A DNA stretch of 64,000 bases from a virus (IMGVR_UViG_3300031133_000383:250635-314634); one strand, 5' to 3'. Numbered from the stretch's first letter, positions 39,229 through 50,062 are shown. Notes: generated by a model from the sequence alone, not told the origin. Numbers and translations: made by a program.

Positions 39229-40227
39229 ATGTTGGAATTTTTGAAATTCTTTTATAAGAAAAAGCCTATTCATGTCAATGATTTATTGACGGTAAAGGAA
39301 ATAGAACCCAATCAGTTTTGGGTCGAGGCAAAGAATGGTTTATCAGCCTCTGTTGATTTTCATGACAATTATATGTTTGTCAATATAAAAGATAGATCCA
39401 ACAGTACAGTAGTCAACTATTGTACCGAAAGACTTAATACTGAACAAAGTGTTATTTCCTTTGTCAGTGATACTTTATCCGAAAATATCTTTTTTCAATT
39501 TGATAAGAAAAATTTTTCCTACTTGAAAAATCGCTATACCGCTGTTTTTACAAATCATCCTAATGTCTTGAACATGTTGCTGAGTCCAACTTCTTTTGAA
39601 AACACTCATAATCCATCCACTCATTATTTTAACGATATTTATTATGCGGAAGTGATTGTTGTTCAAAAAGAAATTGTGAAGAATATAAAAAAAGTCAGTT
39701 TTCATTTGTTATCCTCTCATAAAAAAGCAGTTCAAAAGGCCCATTTCTATATCGTTGACAATCAATTATTTGAAATAGGCCGTTTTAGCGATTTTTCATC
39801 CATTAGCATTGTTAAAACAAAACTACTTGAGTTTTCAAACACAATAGATATTAAAAGAGTTAGAATACTCAAACACGATTATAATGCATGCCTTATTATA
39901 AAAGAAGGCAGAAAAATATCTTTAATTGTTGAGGACTTTAAGGATCTTGATACCAATAACAATGATAAGGATAAAGAAAAGAATAATAAATTCTTAAAAT
40001 TAACTTATGAGAATGGCCTCATTCAGCAAGAAAGTAAGACTTATACACAAGTTGATTACGATAATTATTATCATCAGTTTATTAATGTGTATAGTCAGCG
40101 ATTGAATTATTTTCGTTCTCATTACCCTTCCTTAAAAGCACTAGCAGCCTTGAAAGAGCTAGAACTGGACCATGAGATTCCATTGAGTTCTGAAATTTTG
40201 AATGTTTTATCTATGTATGAGATCTAA
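39229..40227 (+). CDS. Family B paralog
   Basis: VEAKNGL; HYPSLKALAALKELEL..EIP..VLSMYEI. Confidence 0.7.
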   Translation: MLEFLKFFYKKKPIHVNDLLTVKEIEPNQFWVEAKNGLSASVDFHDNYMFVNIKDRSNSTVVNYCTERLNTEQSVISFVSDTLSENIFFQFDKKNFSYLKNRYTAVFTNHPNVLNMLLSPTSFENTHNPSTHYFNDIYYAEVIVVQKEIVKNIKKVSFHLLSSHKKAVQKAHFYIVDNQLFEIGRFSDFSSISIVKTKLLEFSNTIDIKRVRILKHDYNACLIIKEGRKISLIVEDFKDLDTNNNDKDKEKNNKFLKLTYENGLIQQESKTYTQVDYDNYYHQFINVYSQRLNYFRSHYPSLKALAALKELELDHEIPLSSEILNVLSMYEI

Positions 40228-40282
40228 TCATGTCAACAATATTACTAATTATTAAAAAACCTCATTAAGAGGCTTTTTTATA

Positions 40283-40735
40283 TTATTTATCGTTTTGTTT
40301 TAACCAATCTTGCATTTCTTTGATTTCTAATTCTTGGGCAGCAATTATACTTTTTGCCAATTGAATCATTTTTTCATCTTTTCCATACTGTAGTTGTATT
40401 TTTGCCATATCGACTGCTCCAATATGGTGAGCCAACATACTTTTCACAAAATAGACATCAGCATTACCAGTATCTTGAACCAGCATTCCTTTATGCATAT
40501 CAGTATTTGCTTTGATATAAGCAGTTGCATATTCTGATTGTACTTCATTTCCTGCTTTTAGATGAGATTGATGCGTTTGACCCGAGTTTTTGTCATAAAT
40601 AGTCACGTCTCGGGTTTCGGTTTGATGCATATCATGATTCATATGATTTTCTACTTCGGTTGCACTCACAGCAGCCGATGAAATCGTAATCGCAGTAAGA
40701 AAAATGAATTTAGACATTGTAGTTAATTTTTTCAT
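40283..40735 (-). CDS. DUF305 (CopM-like) secreted protein
   Basis: Signal peptide; MHKGM...D..FVKSMLAHHIGAVDMA...LA..II.AQ..EI.EM..WL. Confidence 0.8.
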   Translation of the reverse strand: MKKLTTMSKFIFLTAITISSAAVSATEVENHMNHDMHQTETRDVTIYDKNSGQTHQSHLKAGNEVQSEYATAYIKANTDMHKGMLVQDTGNADVYFVKSMLAHHIGAVDMAKIQLQYGKDEKMIQLAKSIIAAQELEIKEMQDWLKQNDK

Positions 40736-40882
40736 AAGTAGTTCTCCTATTTTCAGCTACATTCTATAATAAGGGCCGACCAATGTCAAAAAAGTTTTTA
40801 TGAAAAATAACTTAAAATAGAGTTGTTTTATTAAAAGTATTATAGTATGCTCTGCTTTCTTTCAACAAAGGACGATTAACAG

Positions 40883-41515
40883 ATGAAATCTTTGGATTTT
40901 TTTGCTTTATCTTTTGCTTTGGCTGGAACTGCATGCTTGGCTGGCAAGGCATATGATAATTACATCTATGAACAACCTGCCGTCAAATTTGTAAATGTTG
41001 TAAAAATGGATGATAGTTATATTGTAGCAAAACTTCAACGAAAGGAAAAAACTCGTATTGCATTACAAGAACATGTAAGAAAAAACAACATGTTGAAATG
41101 TAAGGCTGATTTCAATTGTCTGACAATGGCTGAAGCTATTTATTTTGAAGCTCGCGGCGAAAACGAGAAAGGACAAATCTCTGTAGGTCAGGTGATTCTA
41201 ACCAGAACTAAACGCTCAGGTTTCCCCAATACAGTCTATAAAGTAGTGCATCACAAAAATAGTGAAGGAATTTGTCATTTCTCTTATGTATGTGATATTG
41301 AAAGTGGTCGGATAAGTGGACGTATTGTGAACAATCGCTCTTATAAAAAAGCACTCGAATATGCTGCAGGCGTTATGAATGGTCAGTATCCTAATTATGT
41401 GAAAAATGCCGATCATTATTACAATCCGAATAAAGTTGAACGTGTACCATTTTGGGTAGCTAAAATGACTCAAATAGCTTATATTGGTAATCATCGATTT
41501 CTTAGTTCTCTGTAA
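40883..41515 (+). CDS. Cell wall hydrolase, SleB/Hydrolase_2 family
   Basis: AIYFEARGE, VGQVILTR, FPNTVYKVV, HYYNP, IGNHRF; N-terminal hydrophobic anchor. Confidence 0.85.
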   Translation: MKSLDFFALSFALAGTACLAGKAYDNYIYEQPAVKFVNVVKMDDSYIVAKLQRKEKTRIALQEHVRKNNMLKCKADFNCLTMAEAIYFEARGENEKGQISVGQVILTRTKRSGFPNTVYKVVHHKNSEGICHFSYVCDIESGRISGRIVNNRSYKKALEYAAGVMNGQYPNYVKNADHYYNPNKVERVPFWVAKMTQIAYIGNHRFLSSL

Positions 41516-41612
41516 AAAAGCCCCTATTTGGGGGTTTTTTGTATTTTAGCCTTGCCAATTTTCGCAGTTTTTGATATACTTCTCCCACACAAACAGACAA
41601 AGGTATACAGCT

Positions 41613-42206
41613 ATGAGTAAAGTTCGAATTGTACATGATCAATACCCACAGAATCCTCGTGAAAACGATAATATTTGTTTGATGGTATGCCGTCATGGTC
41701 GTTACCAATTGGGTGATACAAATGCTAAACAAATTTTGGCAAAAGCCCTTGACGTGTGTGCTTATGAATACGATGAAATTGAACTAGTCCAAATGGCTGA
41801 AAAAGCAGGGCTGATTTTCGCTCAAAGTCCTGTTTATCTTTATGACCATGGTGGTATTACTATGTCAACGACCCCTTTTTCTTGCCCTTTTGACAGTGGT
41901 CAAGTTGGTGTCATTTTGGTACTGAAAGAAACGCTTCGGCAGGATTTTAATATCAAGAGGTTTGGTAAAAAAGTAACAGAACGTATGATGGAACTAGCAA
42001 ATAAGCATATCAAGTCAGAAGTTTCTGCCTATGATAATTATATTTCAGGTGACATCTATAGGCTTGAATTTTTGAATAAAAAAGGCGAAGTAGAAGATAG
42101 CATTGGTGGTTTTTACGGAGATAACGTAGAGATTAATGGCATGCTTGATTATGTATCTCCTGATTTGCACCAAGCTGTTAGAGAATGCGATGTCACTTTC
42201 ATCTGA
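41613..42206 (+). CDS. Hypothetical phage-type protein
   Basis: YLYDHGGITMSTTPFSCPFDSGQVG motif; promoter TTGCCA-17-TATACT upstream. Confidence 0.7.
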   Translation: MSKVRIVHDQYPQNPRENDNICLMVCRHGRYQLGDTNAKQILAKALDVCAYEYDEIELVQMAEKAGLIFAQSPVYLYDHGGITMSTTPFSCPFDSGQVGVILVLKETLRQDFNIKRFGKKVTERMMELANKHIKSEVSAYDNYISGDIYRLEFLNKKGEVEDSIGGFYGDNVEINGMLDYVSPDLHQAVRECDVTFI

Positions 42207-42978
42207 TGGAAAGTTTGGATTTTTTCGAAGAGGCTTGAATCGTATTCAATGCCTTTTCAGAAAAAACCTAGCTCCTACAAATGTTCTATCTTTATTTGCT
42301 GTTTCTCGGTTGGCGAATAAAAAACAGAGCTTGCATGATTTTACTCCTTTTTACGATCAAAATTGCGATCCTACCAAAATCTTTGTTACATCAAGTCAAT
42401 ATCGTGACTTACAATTGATTTCACAGTCTAAGCATACAGAATCATACATTGAGGATCAATTCAAACCTTATGATTCAATTGATTCTGACACCATGCAGAT
42501 TTTCAAGGATTTTTCTTCTTTTATAGATTTGATTTCTACGGTTACTGATGATATTTGCTTTAATTCACTCAGATACGCTTGCATTCATAAAGACAGAGTT
42601 ATCTTGATTAAGCGATGTTCTATAGTTTTTTATAAAACATCAGTTCAATGCGTTCATATCACAAAATATTTTTTCACTCTTATTCATGATGATGGAATTA
42701 CGTATATTGGCGATATTCAATTAGAAGGAACTCATACTTTTGAGTCCAAATTGAATTTTATGCGTATTGATTTCAAGCGTAATTTTACAGGACAAGATAA
42801 TTTTGAGATAGTTAAAGAAATTATAAATTCTTACAATAAAGGTCACTACCATTTGTTAGATGAAGGTATTTGGTTAGGTAAGTGTAGTTTACTAGATTTA
42901 CATTATCCAGATTGGAAAGAAATTGGATTTCCTAACAATAAAGACGATATGAAGTTAATCCAGATATTGCATTATTAA
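42190..42978 (+). CDS. Hypothetical protein with shared C-terminal motif
   Basis: Ends LIQILHY; start uncertain. Confidence 0.6.
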   Translation: MSLSSDGKFGFFRRGLNRIQCLFRKNLAPTNVLSLFAVSRLANKKQSLHDFTPFYDQNCDPTKIFVTSSQYRDLQLISQSKHTESYIEDQFKPYDSIDSDTMQIFKDFSSFIDLISTVTDDICFNSLRYACIHKDRVILIKRCSIVFYKTSVQCVHITKYFFTLIHDDGITYIGDIQLEGTHTFESKLNFMRIDFKRNFTGQDNFEIVKEIINSYNKGHYHLLDEGIWLGKCSLLDLHYPDWKEIGFPNNKDDMKLIQILHY

Positions 42979-43037
42979 CACTTGAGATAAATCCATAAAA
43001 ATGGTATTATCATTACTTCATAAAATGGAGACAAAAA

Positions 43038-43514
43038 ATGACTACTCACCATCATGAAGACCCTCAGCAGTGCTATAAGATGAGTAAAAATTATCTTGTA
43101 ATGGAAACTAATGGACTTTTATATAGTGGTCATTTTGATTTGGTTTCTCACATTCTCAAAAATAAAGCACATCTGGAAAAACTTGGCAATATGCGAGTTG
43201 GTGATCTTCTTGGCACACATCTTGATGGCTATTCTTTATCTATAAAAAGAAGTCCAAAAGGGCACTATGTTGTTGAGCCTAATGATGATAAAAAAAGAAG
43301 CAACTACATAGTCCAAATTGTAGATATTGATGATTATGAAAAACTGAATTATCTAGGCACTCTTCTTGAGGCTCGCAATGTTATTGAAAATATCAATAGC
43401 ATCATCGAACTGGCAGAAAATATGCAATTGATGTTTACATCTTCTATTTTCAATATCACTATTTATGCTTGTCGTAAAGATAATCTGATTATTTTTAGCG
43501 GTAAGAAATTTTGA
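43038..43514 (+). CDS. Hypothetical protein
   Basis: SD GGAG; 158 aa. Confidence 0.6.
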   Translation: MTTHHHEDPQQCYKMSKNYLVMETNGLLYSGHFDLVSHILKNKAHLEKLGNMRVGDLLGTHLDGYSLSIKRSPKGHYVVEPNDDKKRSNYIVQIVDIDDYEKLNYLGTLLEARNVIENINSIIELAENMQLMFTSSIFNITIYACRKDNLIIFSGKKF

Positions 43515-43607
43515 TAATTAATAATTTTGAAAAAAAGTAAATTGATAAGAAAATCAGTTTACTTTTTTATTTTTTTGTGATACCTTCTGGATAACAGGAG
43601 ATATTAT

Positions 43608-43955
43608 ATGAGAATGCCATCACTTAGACAAGATATTGAACAAGATGTAATTACCGAAACTTATTCACCCATTCGTAAATGGCTTGAACACATTGCTGAA
43701 TTGACACGTCAACATAATCAAGACATGGTTTTATATGTAAAATCCAATTCCCCAGTCAATTTTTATATAACAAGCAATCCAGATTTGGCCATGAATATTG
43801 AGCAGCGTTATCTAGTACAAGATACTGAAATGACTTTAAAACAATGGAAAGAATGTCTTATTAATCTAAGTCATAAGTTTGGCAATGATGCTTTCTTGTA
43901 CACTGTGCCAAGTCAGCCTGTAGATTTTTATCTATCGCCTATTAAATTGAAATAA
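43608..43955 (+). CDS. Hypothetical protein
   Basis: SD AGGAG; internal repeat SP.(N/D)FY. Confidence 0.6.
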   Translation: MRMPSLRQDIEQDVITETYSPIRKWLEHIAELTRQHNQDMVLYVKSNSPVNFYITSNPDLAMNIEQRYLVQDTEMTLKQWKECLINLSHKFGNDAFLYTVPSQPVDFYLSPIKLK

Positions 43956-44043
43956 GTTGTTTTTCATGTAGTTATTTGCTATAATAGATCTGTTGAAAAT
44001 CTATTATAGTAATAGATTATGACTTGTCTCAGAGGATTTACTA

Positions 44044-44379
44044 ATGTTTCGAGAAATGTGGAAAGTACCGCCAGCACGTCTATTGATGATTTTCTATTTT
44101 GTATCCGCCTTTGCAGTAGTTTATCCAATTGTTTACAGACCCTCTATTGTAAATTTTATTATATATTTTGGTTATCTTTACTATCTTGTCATTAAATGTA
44201 AAGGATATGAACTCTTTAAAGATTATCGCCATATTATCAACCATTCAGAAGATGTCAGCGAATTTATCGCTCGTACCGAAGATTTTATGGATGCACGTTA
44301 TTATAAATTCAAAAATGTTCTTTCTTATTCCTATGGCTGGATTTTGATTCAGTGTATCTTTATGTTTTTCAGAGCTTGA
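44044..44379 (+). CDS. Small membrane protein
   Basis: SD GAGG; hydrophobic segments. Confidence 0.6.
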   Translation: MFREMWKVPPARLLMIFYFVSAFAVVYPIVYRPSIVNFIIYFGYLYYLVIKCKGYELFKDYRHIINHSEDVSEFIARTEDFMDARYYKFKNVLSYSYGWILIQCIFMFFRA

Positions 44380-44448
44380 AATTAAGCTCTGTTTATTTCT
44401 TCAAATAATCTCTTGATATGATATACTATAAGAAAAAGAGAATTATCA

Positions 44449-46275
44449 ATGGAATTTTATAAAAAAATTGAAGTATTTACTAATATCATTAGTGGATCAG
44501 TAAAAACCAGACGCATACAAGATAATTATATGCCTAGTGCTGCTGACAATATTCGTAATATTGAGCGTGCAAATGAAATCCGTGAGAGTTCATGGACAAG
44601 TATTATAAATATGTGTAATGGCGTGCTTCCTGATAAGTATAATGTTTTTTCAAATAGATCTATTGGGTTCAATCTGATTTCAAATAATATTGACGTAACA
44701 ATAGCCAATTTAAATACAAAATTTGTTGAATCCATTCATAAAGCTAGAGATATTTATACACAACTTTCAAAATCTCATGATATTGATTTTTCAAAACAAT
44801 TAAATCAATTGGATTTATTATCCACCAATTTTTCTTCTGATCCCGCTATAACCCATACCATTAATAAATTGTTAGAATTCAAAAAATTCTGTCATCAGGG
44901 TGAAGCAACCATTAAATCCATTGAAGCGGTTATGTATAAAGAGCAAAGAGATGTTCAACAAGGAAGAGCTTACTTTGATAATAATCTAGATACAAATCCT
45001 TACTTGAAACCTTTAAAGGATCTGTTGATTATTCATAAAGACGTTTATCAAGATTATACACCTGACAGTAAATTTTATTATGACAACAAGGTATTGTTAT
45101 CCTATTCTGATTCATTTAATTCATTGGTTAAAGAGATGTATCATCAGTTAAGAGAGTCTACTAAAATTTCTTTTTGCCAAGCAGAAGATTTCAAAGATAA
45201 CCAGTTAAAATCCAAAGCTTCTGTTTTATCTTTTTTGACTAATAAAGAAAATGAGTCAACCATAAAATATAAGCTTGAATTTGAACAATCTCGTTATTCT
45301 GAAATTTTATTCTTTAAAGATGACAGTATTATGGTTAAGGATTCTAGAGGTCACTATATTGATATTTTAGAAAACAAAGAAGTAAAAGTTATATTGGAAA
45401 CATTGATAAAAGATGAAATAAAATTTAGACTTAGAAAAACACCAACAATGTGTAAAGATTTTTTATCTATTGCTGAACCCAATCTATTTGATTGCCGCTA
45501 TTTAGAAAGCATCTTAAATACCTATCAGAACAATGAAGATATTTTAAAAACTCATCAATATAATTTTAAAAAGGCTTATAAAGAATCTGCTGACAAGTAT
45601 ACCAGTAGCTATAGAATATTGGAAAATATGAATGATACTATGCATGCTATTATTAAAGATCATAAAATACAACAGTTGGCTCATAGTATATCTAGCAATA
45701 AATACATGCATCTGTATGATGAAAAAAGTTATAAAATCGTTGAACTTATTTACGATTTAAAGATTGATGAGTCTAAATTTCAAGATTACATTGGTAAAAA
45801 AATGGCTGCTTACAAAACTACTGAGGAATTTAATACGGCTTTAAGACAATTTGTTGCGTCTCTTGATTCCTTTAATCCTTTCAACATAGAAGAAAAAGCG
45901 AACCAGTATGATGCTAGAATTATATCTTATACTGACGATATCATGATATTGGAAATTACTGATTTTGAACAAAGTACCAGTTTAGGCAGTAGTAGCTGGT
46001 GTATCTCTCGTGAAGAATCTTATTTTGAAAGCTATACTGAAAACAACAACGTACAGTATTTTATTTATGATTTTAACAAACTGTCTTCTGATAATAATTC
46101 CATGATTGGGATCACTTTGGATAGTGATGGTCTTATATATGCTGCTCATTTAAAAAATGATGATTCTGTCGAGCAAGATTCACCTGCTATCAGTCAGATT
46201 GTCGATATGATTTTTCAAGGTTGTAAAAACAAAGACACTATAACAATTGCACCAAAAAACATATTGATGCCTTAA
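44449..46275 (+). CDS. Large hypothetical protein
   Basis: 608 aa; C-terminal LGSSSWCISR...YF.YDF block typical of large-phage hypotheticals. Confidence 0.7.
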   Translation: MEFYKKIEVFTNIISGSVKTRRIQDNYMPSAADNIRNIERANEIRESSWTSIINMCNGVLPDKYNVFSNRSIGFNLISNNIDVTIANLNTKFVESIHKARDIYTQLSKSHDIDFSKQLNQLDLLSTNFSSDPAITHTINKLLEFKKFCHQGEATIKSIEAVMYKEQRDVQQGRAYFDNNLDTNPYLKPLKDLLIIHKDVYQDYTPDSKFYYDNKVLLSYSDSFNSLVKEMYHQLRESTKISFCQAEDFKDNQLKSKASVLSFLTNKENESTIKYKLEFEQSRYSEILFFKDDSIMVKDSRGHYIDILENKEVKVILETLIKDEIKFRLRKTPTMCKDFLSIAEPNLFDCRYLESILNTYQNNEDILKTHQYNFKKAYKESADKYTSSYRILENMNDTMHAIIKDHKIQQLAHSISSNKYMHLYDEKSYKIVELIYDLKIDESKFQDYIGKKMAAYKTTEEFNTALRQFVASLDSFNPFNIEEKANQYDARIISYTDDIMILEITDFEQSTSLGSSSWCISREESYFESYTENNNVQYFIYDFNKLSSDNNSMIGITLDSDGLIYAAHLKNDDSVEQDSPAISQIVDMIFQGCKNKDTITIAPKNILMP

Positions 46276-46308
46276 AAAAAAACCCTTGCAGTAGCAGGGG
46301 TTTTTTTT
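46274..46308 (+). terminator. Rho-independent terminator
   Basis: A-run-CCCTTGC-AGTA-GCAGGGG-T8. Confidence 0.8.
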
Positions 46309-46431
46309 GTTCTTATTTTTAAAATTTATTCTATTTTTACTCAAAAAACTCTTTGTTTTTAAACATTTACTTGATTTTATTAAGCAAATTTGTTATTATC
46401 AAGCTCTAAATTAACCACATAGGTATTGTAT

Positions 46432-47187
46432 ATGTTGAATATTAAAGGTGCAAAAGAGTTTGCTGTTCAAGATGTTGCACGTTCAGCCACTGTTACTCGT
46501 TGGCACTCAGTAAACTGTCTTCGTTATCCATCGATTGCCGAACATAGTTTTCTGGTTACCATGTATGCTCGCGAAATTCTTAAACGTATCAATCCTAATG
46601 CGACCGCAGAAGAAAAGCTACTTCTGCTGGAATTTTGCTCTTTTCATGATTTGCCAGAAGTGTTGACAGGTGATATGGCAACTCCGGTGAAGCGTCTGTT
46701 AGAAGCTCAGTTTCCTGATGGTGAATCTCCTTTGGACATGATTGAAGAGGCTTTGTGTCCAGAATACAAAGAATTGAAGCACCGTATCTCCAATACCTAT
46801 CTGGCCCGTATTGCCAAGCTGGCTGATGTGTTGGAAGCTGTTAAGTTTATCTATGTTGAAGGTAAAAGCTATATTCAGCGTCAAGACCAAAATCGAAAGG
46901 TGATTTTGGCATTGGATACATTGACTGATTTGGTTGAAACTCGTCTTAATGGTCTTGAAAACTGTGCAGACTCCATTCATAATGTTAAAAGTATTCTGAC
47001 TGATATTACTGCTACCGAGGAATCGGATGCTATTTATGGCATCTTGAATGAACGTAAAAGTAATTATGAAGCTCGTGTAGAAGCTGCCAAACAAGAATTC
47101 CCTCATTTTGAATGGGATGTATGTCTTGCAGTTATGAATGACTTGTTGTATGGCAAAACTTCTCAAATTGATTTTATTGATAAATAA
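46432..47187 (+). CDS. HD-domain 5'-deoxynucleotidase (YfbR-like)
   Basis: RWH, SIAEHS, HDLPEVLTGDMATPVK, KLADVLEA. Confidence 0.85.
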   Translation: MLNIKGAKEFAVQDVARSATVTRWHSVNCLRYPSIAEHSFLVTMYAREILKRINPNATAEEKLLLLEFCSFHDLPEVLTGDMATPVKRLLEAQFPDGESPLDMIEEALCPEYKELKHRISNTYLARIAKLADVLEAVKFIYVEGKSYIQRQDQNRKVILALDTLTDLVETRLNGLENCADSIHNVKSILTDITATEESDAIYGILNERKSNYEARVEAAKQEFPHFEWDVCLAVMNDLLYGKTSQIDFIDK

Positions 47188-47196
47188 TACCTGTAT

Positions 47197-47224
47197 AAAA
47201 AAGAGCCTGAAGGCTCTTTTTTTT
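47197..47224 (+). terminator. Rho-independent terminator
   Basis: AAAAAAGAGCC-TGAA-GGCTC-T8. Confidence 0.85.
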
Positions 47225-47290
47225 GCATTATCAATTATGGACTTTTAAATTTCAATATGCTATTATTACCTGTCGGTATATGGAGACTTT

Positions 47291-48517
47291 ATGAAATATT
47301 TAACATCGTTAGCCTCAAATTCCAAAAATCTTGAAGCAGCTTTTATAGCTGCCGGGTTATCAGATATTACCTATTCGTATGATTCCGATACTGTATCCAT
47401 TGGACAAAGAGACTATCCATGTTTTAAAAATTTAAACCCCTTAGTAAGTAATAATACGTTAAATCAATATCACTATTCGACAAATATTGATCATACATTA
47501 ATGATTAAGCTGTTGTTTCCACAGTTTTCATCCGGTGAATGTCGGCAGATTGGTAGTCTTTTAGATTTTCAAAAAAAATTGTTTAACCTTGGCTCATTAA
47601 AAGAAAAAGAAACAGATAAAAATAGTATTTTTATCTTGCAAAATGGAGTACTTCATATTTCTTCTTCTATTCTAGATTTTATCATTAAAAACAAAAGTCT
47701 TATTATTTCTTGGAATAATTATGATAAAAAAGAAAAACACTATAAAAAAATATCCTTTTTATCAATTTATAAACTTTTTTTAACCTATTTCAAAAATGAT
47801 ATAGAATCCTATGTTGAAAAAAGAATACCTGTTGATAAAATGGATTCTAAACTTTTTAACATGATTGCAAATGAAAACACTTATGCTTATCTATCTCGTA
47901 TATCAAAAAATAATGACTTAAAAGATTTTAAGTCTTCTGATTTATTTCAATTTTTAAAAGATAATTTACACAAAATTAGACCAATATATAAGAAAAAAAT
48001 TCCTGTTGAAAAAGGATTGTTATATATTATGGATTATCATTTATCTTATTTGGATATACCTCTATTAGATGAACAATATGAAATGCAATTTTCTTTACAT
48101 CAAGATTCTATTCATGAACAAAAATTATTTTTTAGAAATTTTCTAGAAAACGATGCGTGTAATTATTTATTAAATATATGTTCGTTGATTCAATTTAATA
48201 ATAAAGTTTTAGCAAATGAACCCTATGAGCCTATTATTACAAATATAATCCATTCTGACTATTTTTCTAAAACCGTTGTACAAAAGACCAATTTATCTCC
48301 CTTGTCTTTACAAATTGGTTTATCATCTATTAACTTTAAAAAAACACTTGAATTTACGTATTTTTTATCAGGACGATGCTATTGTTTTAAATCAACAAGT
48401 CTAAAAAAAATTTATAAAGATTTCACTGAATTTACTCAAAATGTATTAGCCTACCAGCTAGGCCGTAGAGAAGTTTCAAATATAGATTTACAACTACTTA
48501 AAATGATAAATATTTAA
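47291..48517 (+). CDS. Hypothetical protein with shared C-terminal motif
   Basis: SD GGAG; ends LLKMINI. Confidence 0.65.
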   Translation: MKYLTSLASNSKNLEAAFIAAGLSDITYSYDSDTVSIGQRDYPCFKNLNPLVSNNTLNQYHYSTNIDHTLMIKLLFPQFSSGECRQIGSLLDFQKKLFNLGSLKEKETDKNSIFILQNGVLHISSSILDFIIKNKSLIISWNNYDKKEKHYKKISFLSIYKLFLTYFKNDIESYVEKRIPVDKMDSKLFNMIANENTYAYLSRISKNNDLKDFKSSDLFQFLKDNLHKIRPIYKKKIPVEKGLLYIMDYHLSYLDIPLLDEQYEMQFSLHQDSIHEQKLFFRNFLENDACNYLLNICSLIQFNNKVLANEPYEPIITNIIHSDYFSKTVVQKTNLSPLSLQIGLSSINFKKTLEFTYFLSGRCYCFKSTSLKKIYKDFTEFTQNVLAYQLGRREVSNIDLQLLKMINI

Positions 48518-48534
48518 AAGGAAAGATAAATAAA

Positions 48535-49110
48535 ATGTTAATTTCAAATAATATAGAACATTTAATACAGTCAATTAATGAAAGCAATTGCAGTACATTT
48601 ATTTATTCAGATGATGAGACGACGATTCCAGACACTGATATTAAAATCTTAATGTTTAGCTTATCTCAGTGTTCTAGTATTGAAGACTTAAAAACTGCAT
48701 TTGGCTTTGTACTGACGGCTTCAGTCTATAAACATGCTATAATAAAATCTATATTTTCAACGTTGCTGACAGAAAAAGAAATTGGTTATTTTATATCTCT
48801 TGTATCCTTGATAAATTTTTACAATAATTTAGTAAAAAAATCAGAACAAGATATGTTTGCTCTTTCAAAAATGCCGAGCGGATATGAAATCAGAGTTGGT
48901 TTCTCCACGATAGTAGAAGATGGAGATTATATTAAACTGACCACAGATGATTTAGATGAACATGGCGTTGAATTCAAAAATAAAACGTTTATGGCACTCT
49001 ATTACAATTATCTTCAATATATTCGAAAAGAGATTGCAGATACTATCGAGATTTCCATAGATAATTTAAATAATGATAATTTAGGTGTATTTCGAATGAT
49101 GATTGACTAG
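48535..49110 (+). CDS. Hypothetical protein with shared C-terminal motif
   Basis: Ends VFRMMID. Confidence 0.6.
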   Translation: MLISNNIEHLIQSINESNCSTFIYSDDETTIPDTDIKILMFSLSQCSSIEDLKTAFGFVLTASVYKHAIIKSIFSTLLTEKEIGYFISLVSLINFYNNLVKKSEQDMFALSKMPSGYEIRVGFSTIVEDGDYIKLTTDDLDEHGVEFKNKTFMALYYNYLQYIRKEIADTIEISIDNLNNDNLGVFRMMID

Positions 49111-49138
49111 CTATTGACCATAAAAATGTTGAATTTTT

Positions 49139-50062
49139 TTGGGCGTCATGATAGAATACCAGCAATTAAACCAGATAGAGAATAGTATGAACATTATCGA
49201 AAACTCCCAACTTCCAGAAGTCTTGTCTTCTTTTGTAGATTATCTCAAAGAGTCTTTTCATTATGATTCAAATAGAGTTCAATATTTTGTTTCAACATCT
49301 TTGACGGCAAATGATTCGGCTTTGACGCCTATTCTTCGAAAAAAAATGAAAGCTCTCAATAATACAATTGATTTTGAGGAAATCAGGAATGAGTTGAATA
49401 CCATTGCCGCTGAGTTAGAAGAATTTTATGTAATCAGCATGATGCGTCATACTGATAATTTTGATGATACCGATTATTTCTTTGTTACTGTAAATAAAAA
49501 CAAGGTTTTTATCCATCAAAATTTTTCAACATTTGATCTTGTTGACATGTACTATTTTCGAGGAAGTGATGGAGAACTTGGAGAAGGAACTTATGTATCC
49601 AATACGCCTGTCTTTGAATCTTCTGACACCCAAAACTTTCTTTACAGATTGATGACTTATAAATTTACCTTCAATGCTACACTCAATAAGATATTGGATA
49701 GAAATTCTATTAATCAAGTTGATATTAAAAATCACAAATTGGAAGTTCAAGTTCTTTCAGGTATTCATCCATCAACTGTTGATTCAATTAATCGTAAAAA
49801 AATTCTAGATTTATTGCAACATAATTACAATGAATTTCATCCAGATAATCTTATTTTGGTTAAAATTCTCTATAAATCCGAACTAATTTATGATAAATTT
49901 TTCTATAAAGTGTCTCCACAACAAGCAGTATCTACCATGATTAAGCCTTTTAAATTGACCGATGCTGAGTATTCTCAGATTGAACGGAAGCCCACTCTAT
50001 CAAAAGAATATCTTGATGATTTTGAAGATCAGTACAAAGTTCTTGAAATGATTATGGAATAA
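49139..50062 (+). CDS. Hypothetical protein with shared C-terminal motif
   Basis: Ends VLEMIME. Confidence 0.6.
   Translation: MGVMIEYQQLNQIENSMNIIENSQLPEVLSSFVDYLKESFHYDSNRVQYFVSTSLTANDSALTPILRKKMKALNNTIDFEEIRNELNTIAAELEEFYVISMMRHTDNFDDTDYFFVTVNKNKVFIHQNFSTFDLVDMYYFRGSDGELGEGTYVSNTPVFESSDTQNFLYRLMTYKFTFNATLNKILDRNSINQVDIKNHKLEVQVLSGIHPSTVDSINRKKILDLLQHNYNEFHPDNLILVKILYKSELIYDKFFYKVSPQQAVSTMIKPFKLTDAEYSQIERKPTLSKEYLDDFEDQYKVLEMIME

Noticed and set aside
44449-46275. Possible PcfJ-like assignment of the 608-aa protein
   Set aside because: Only a vague motif resemblance; needs a profile search
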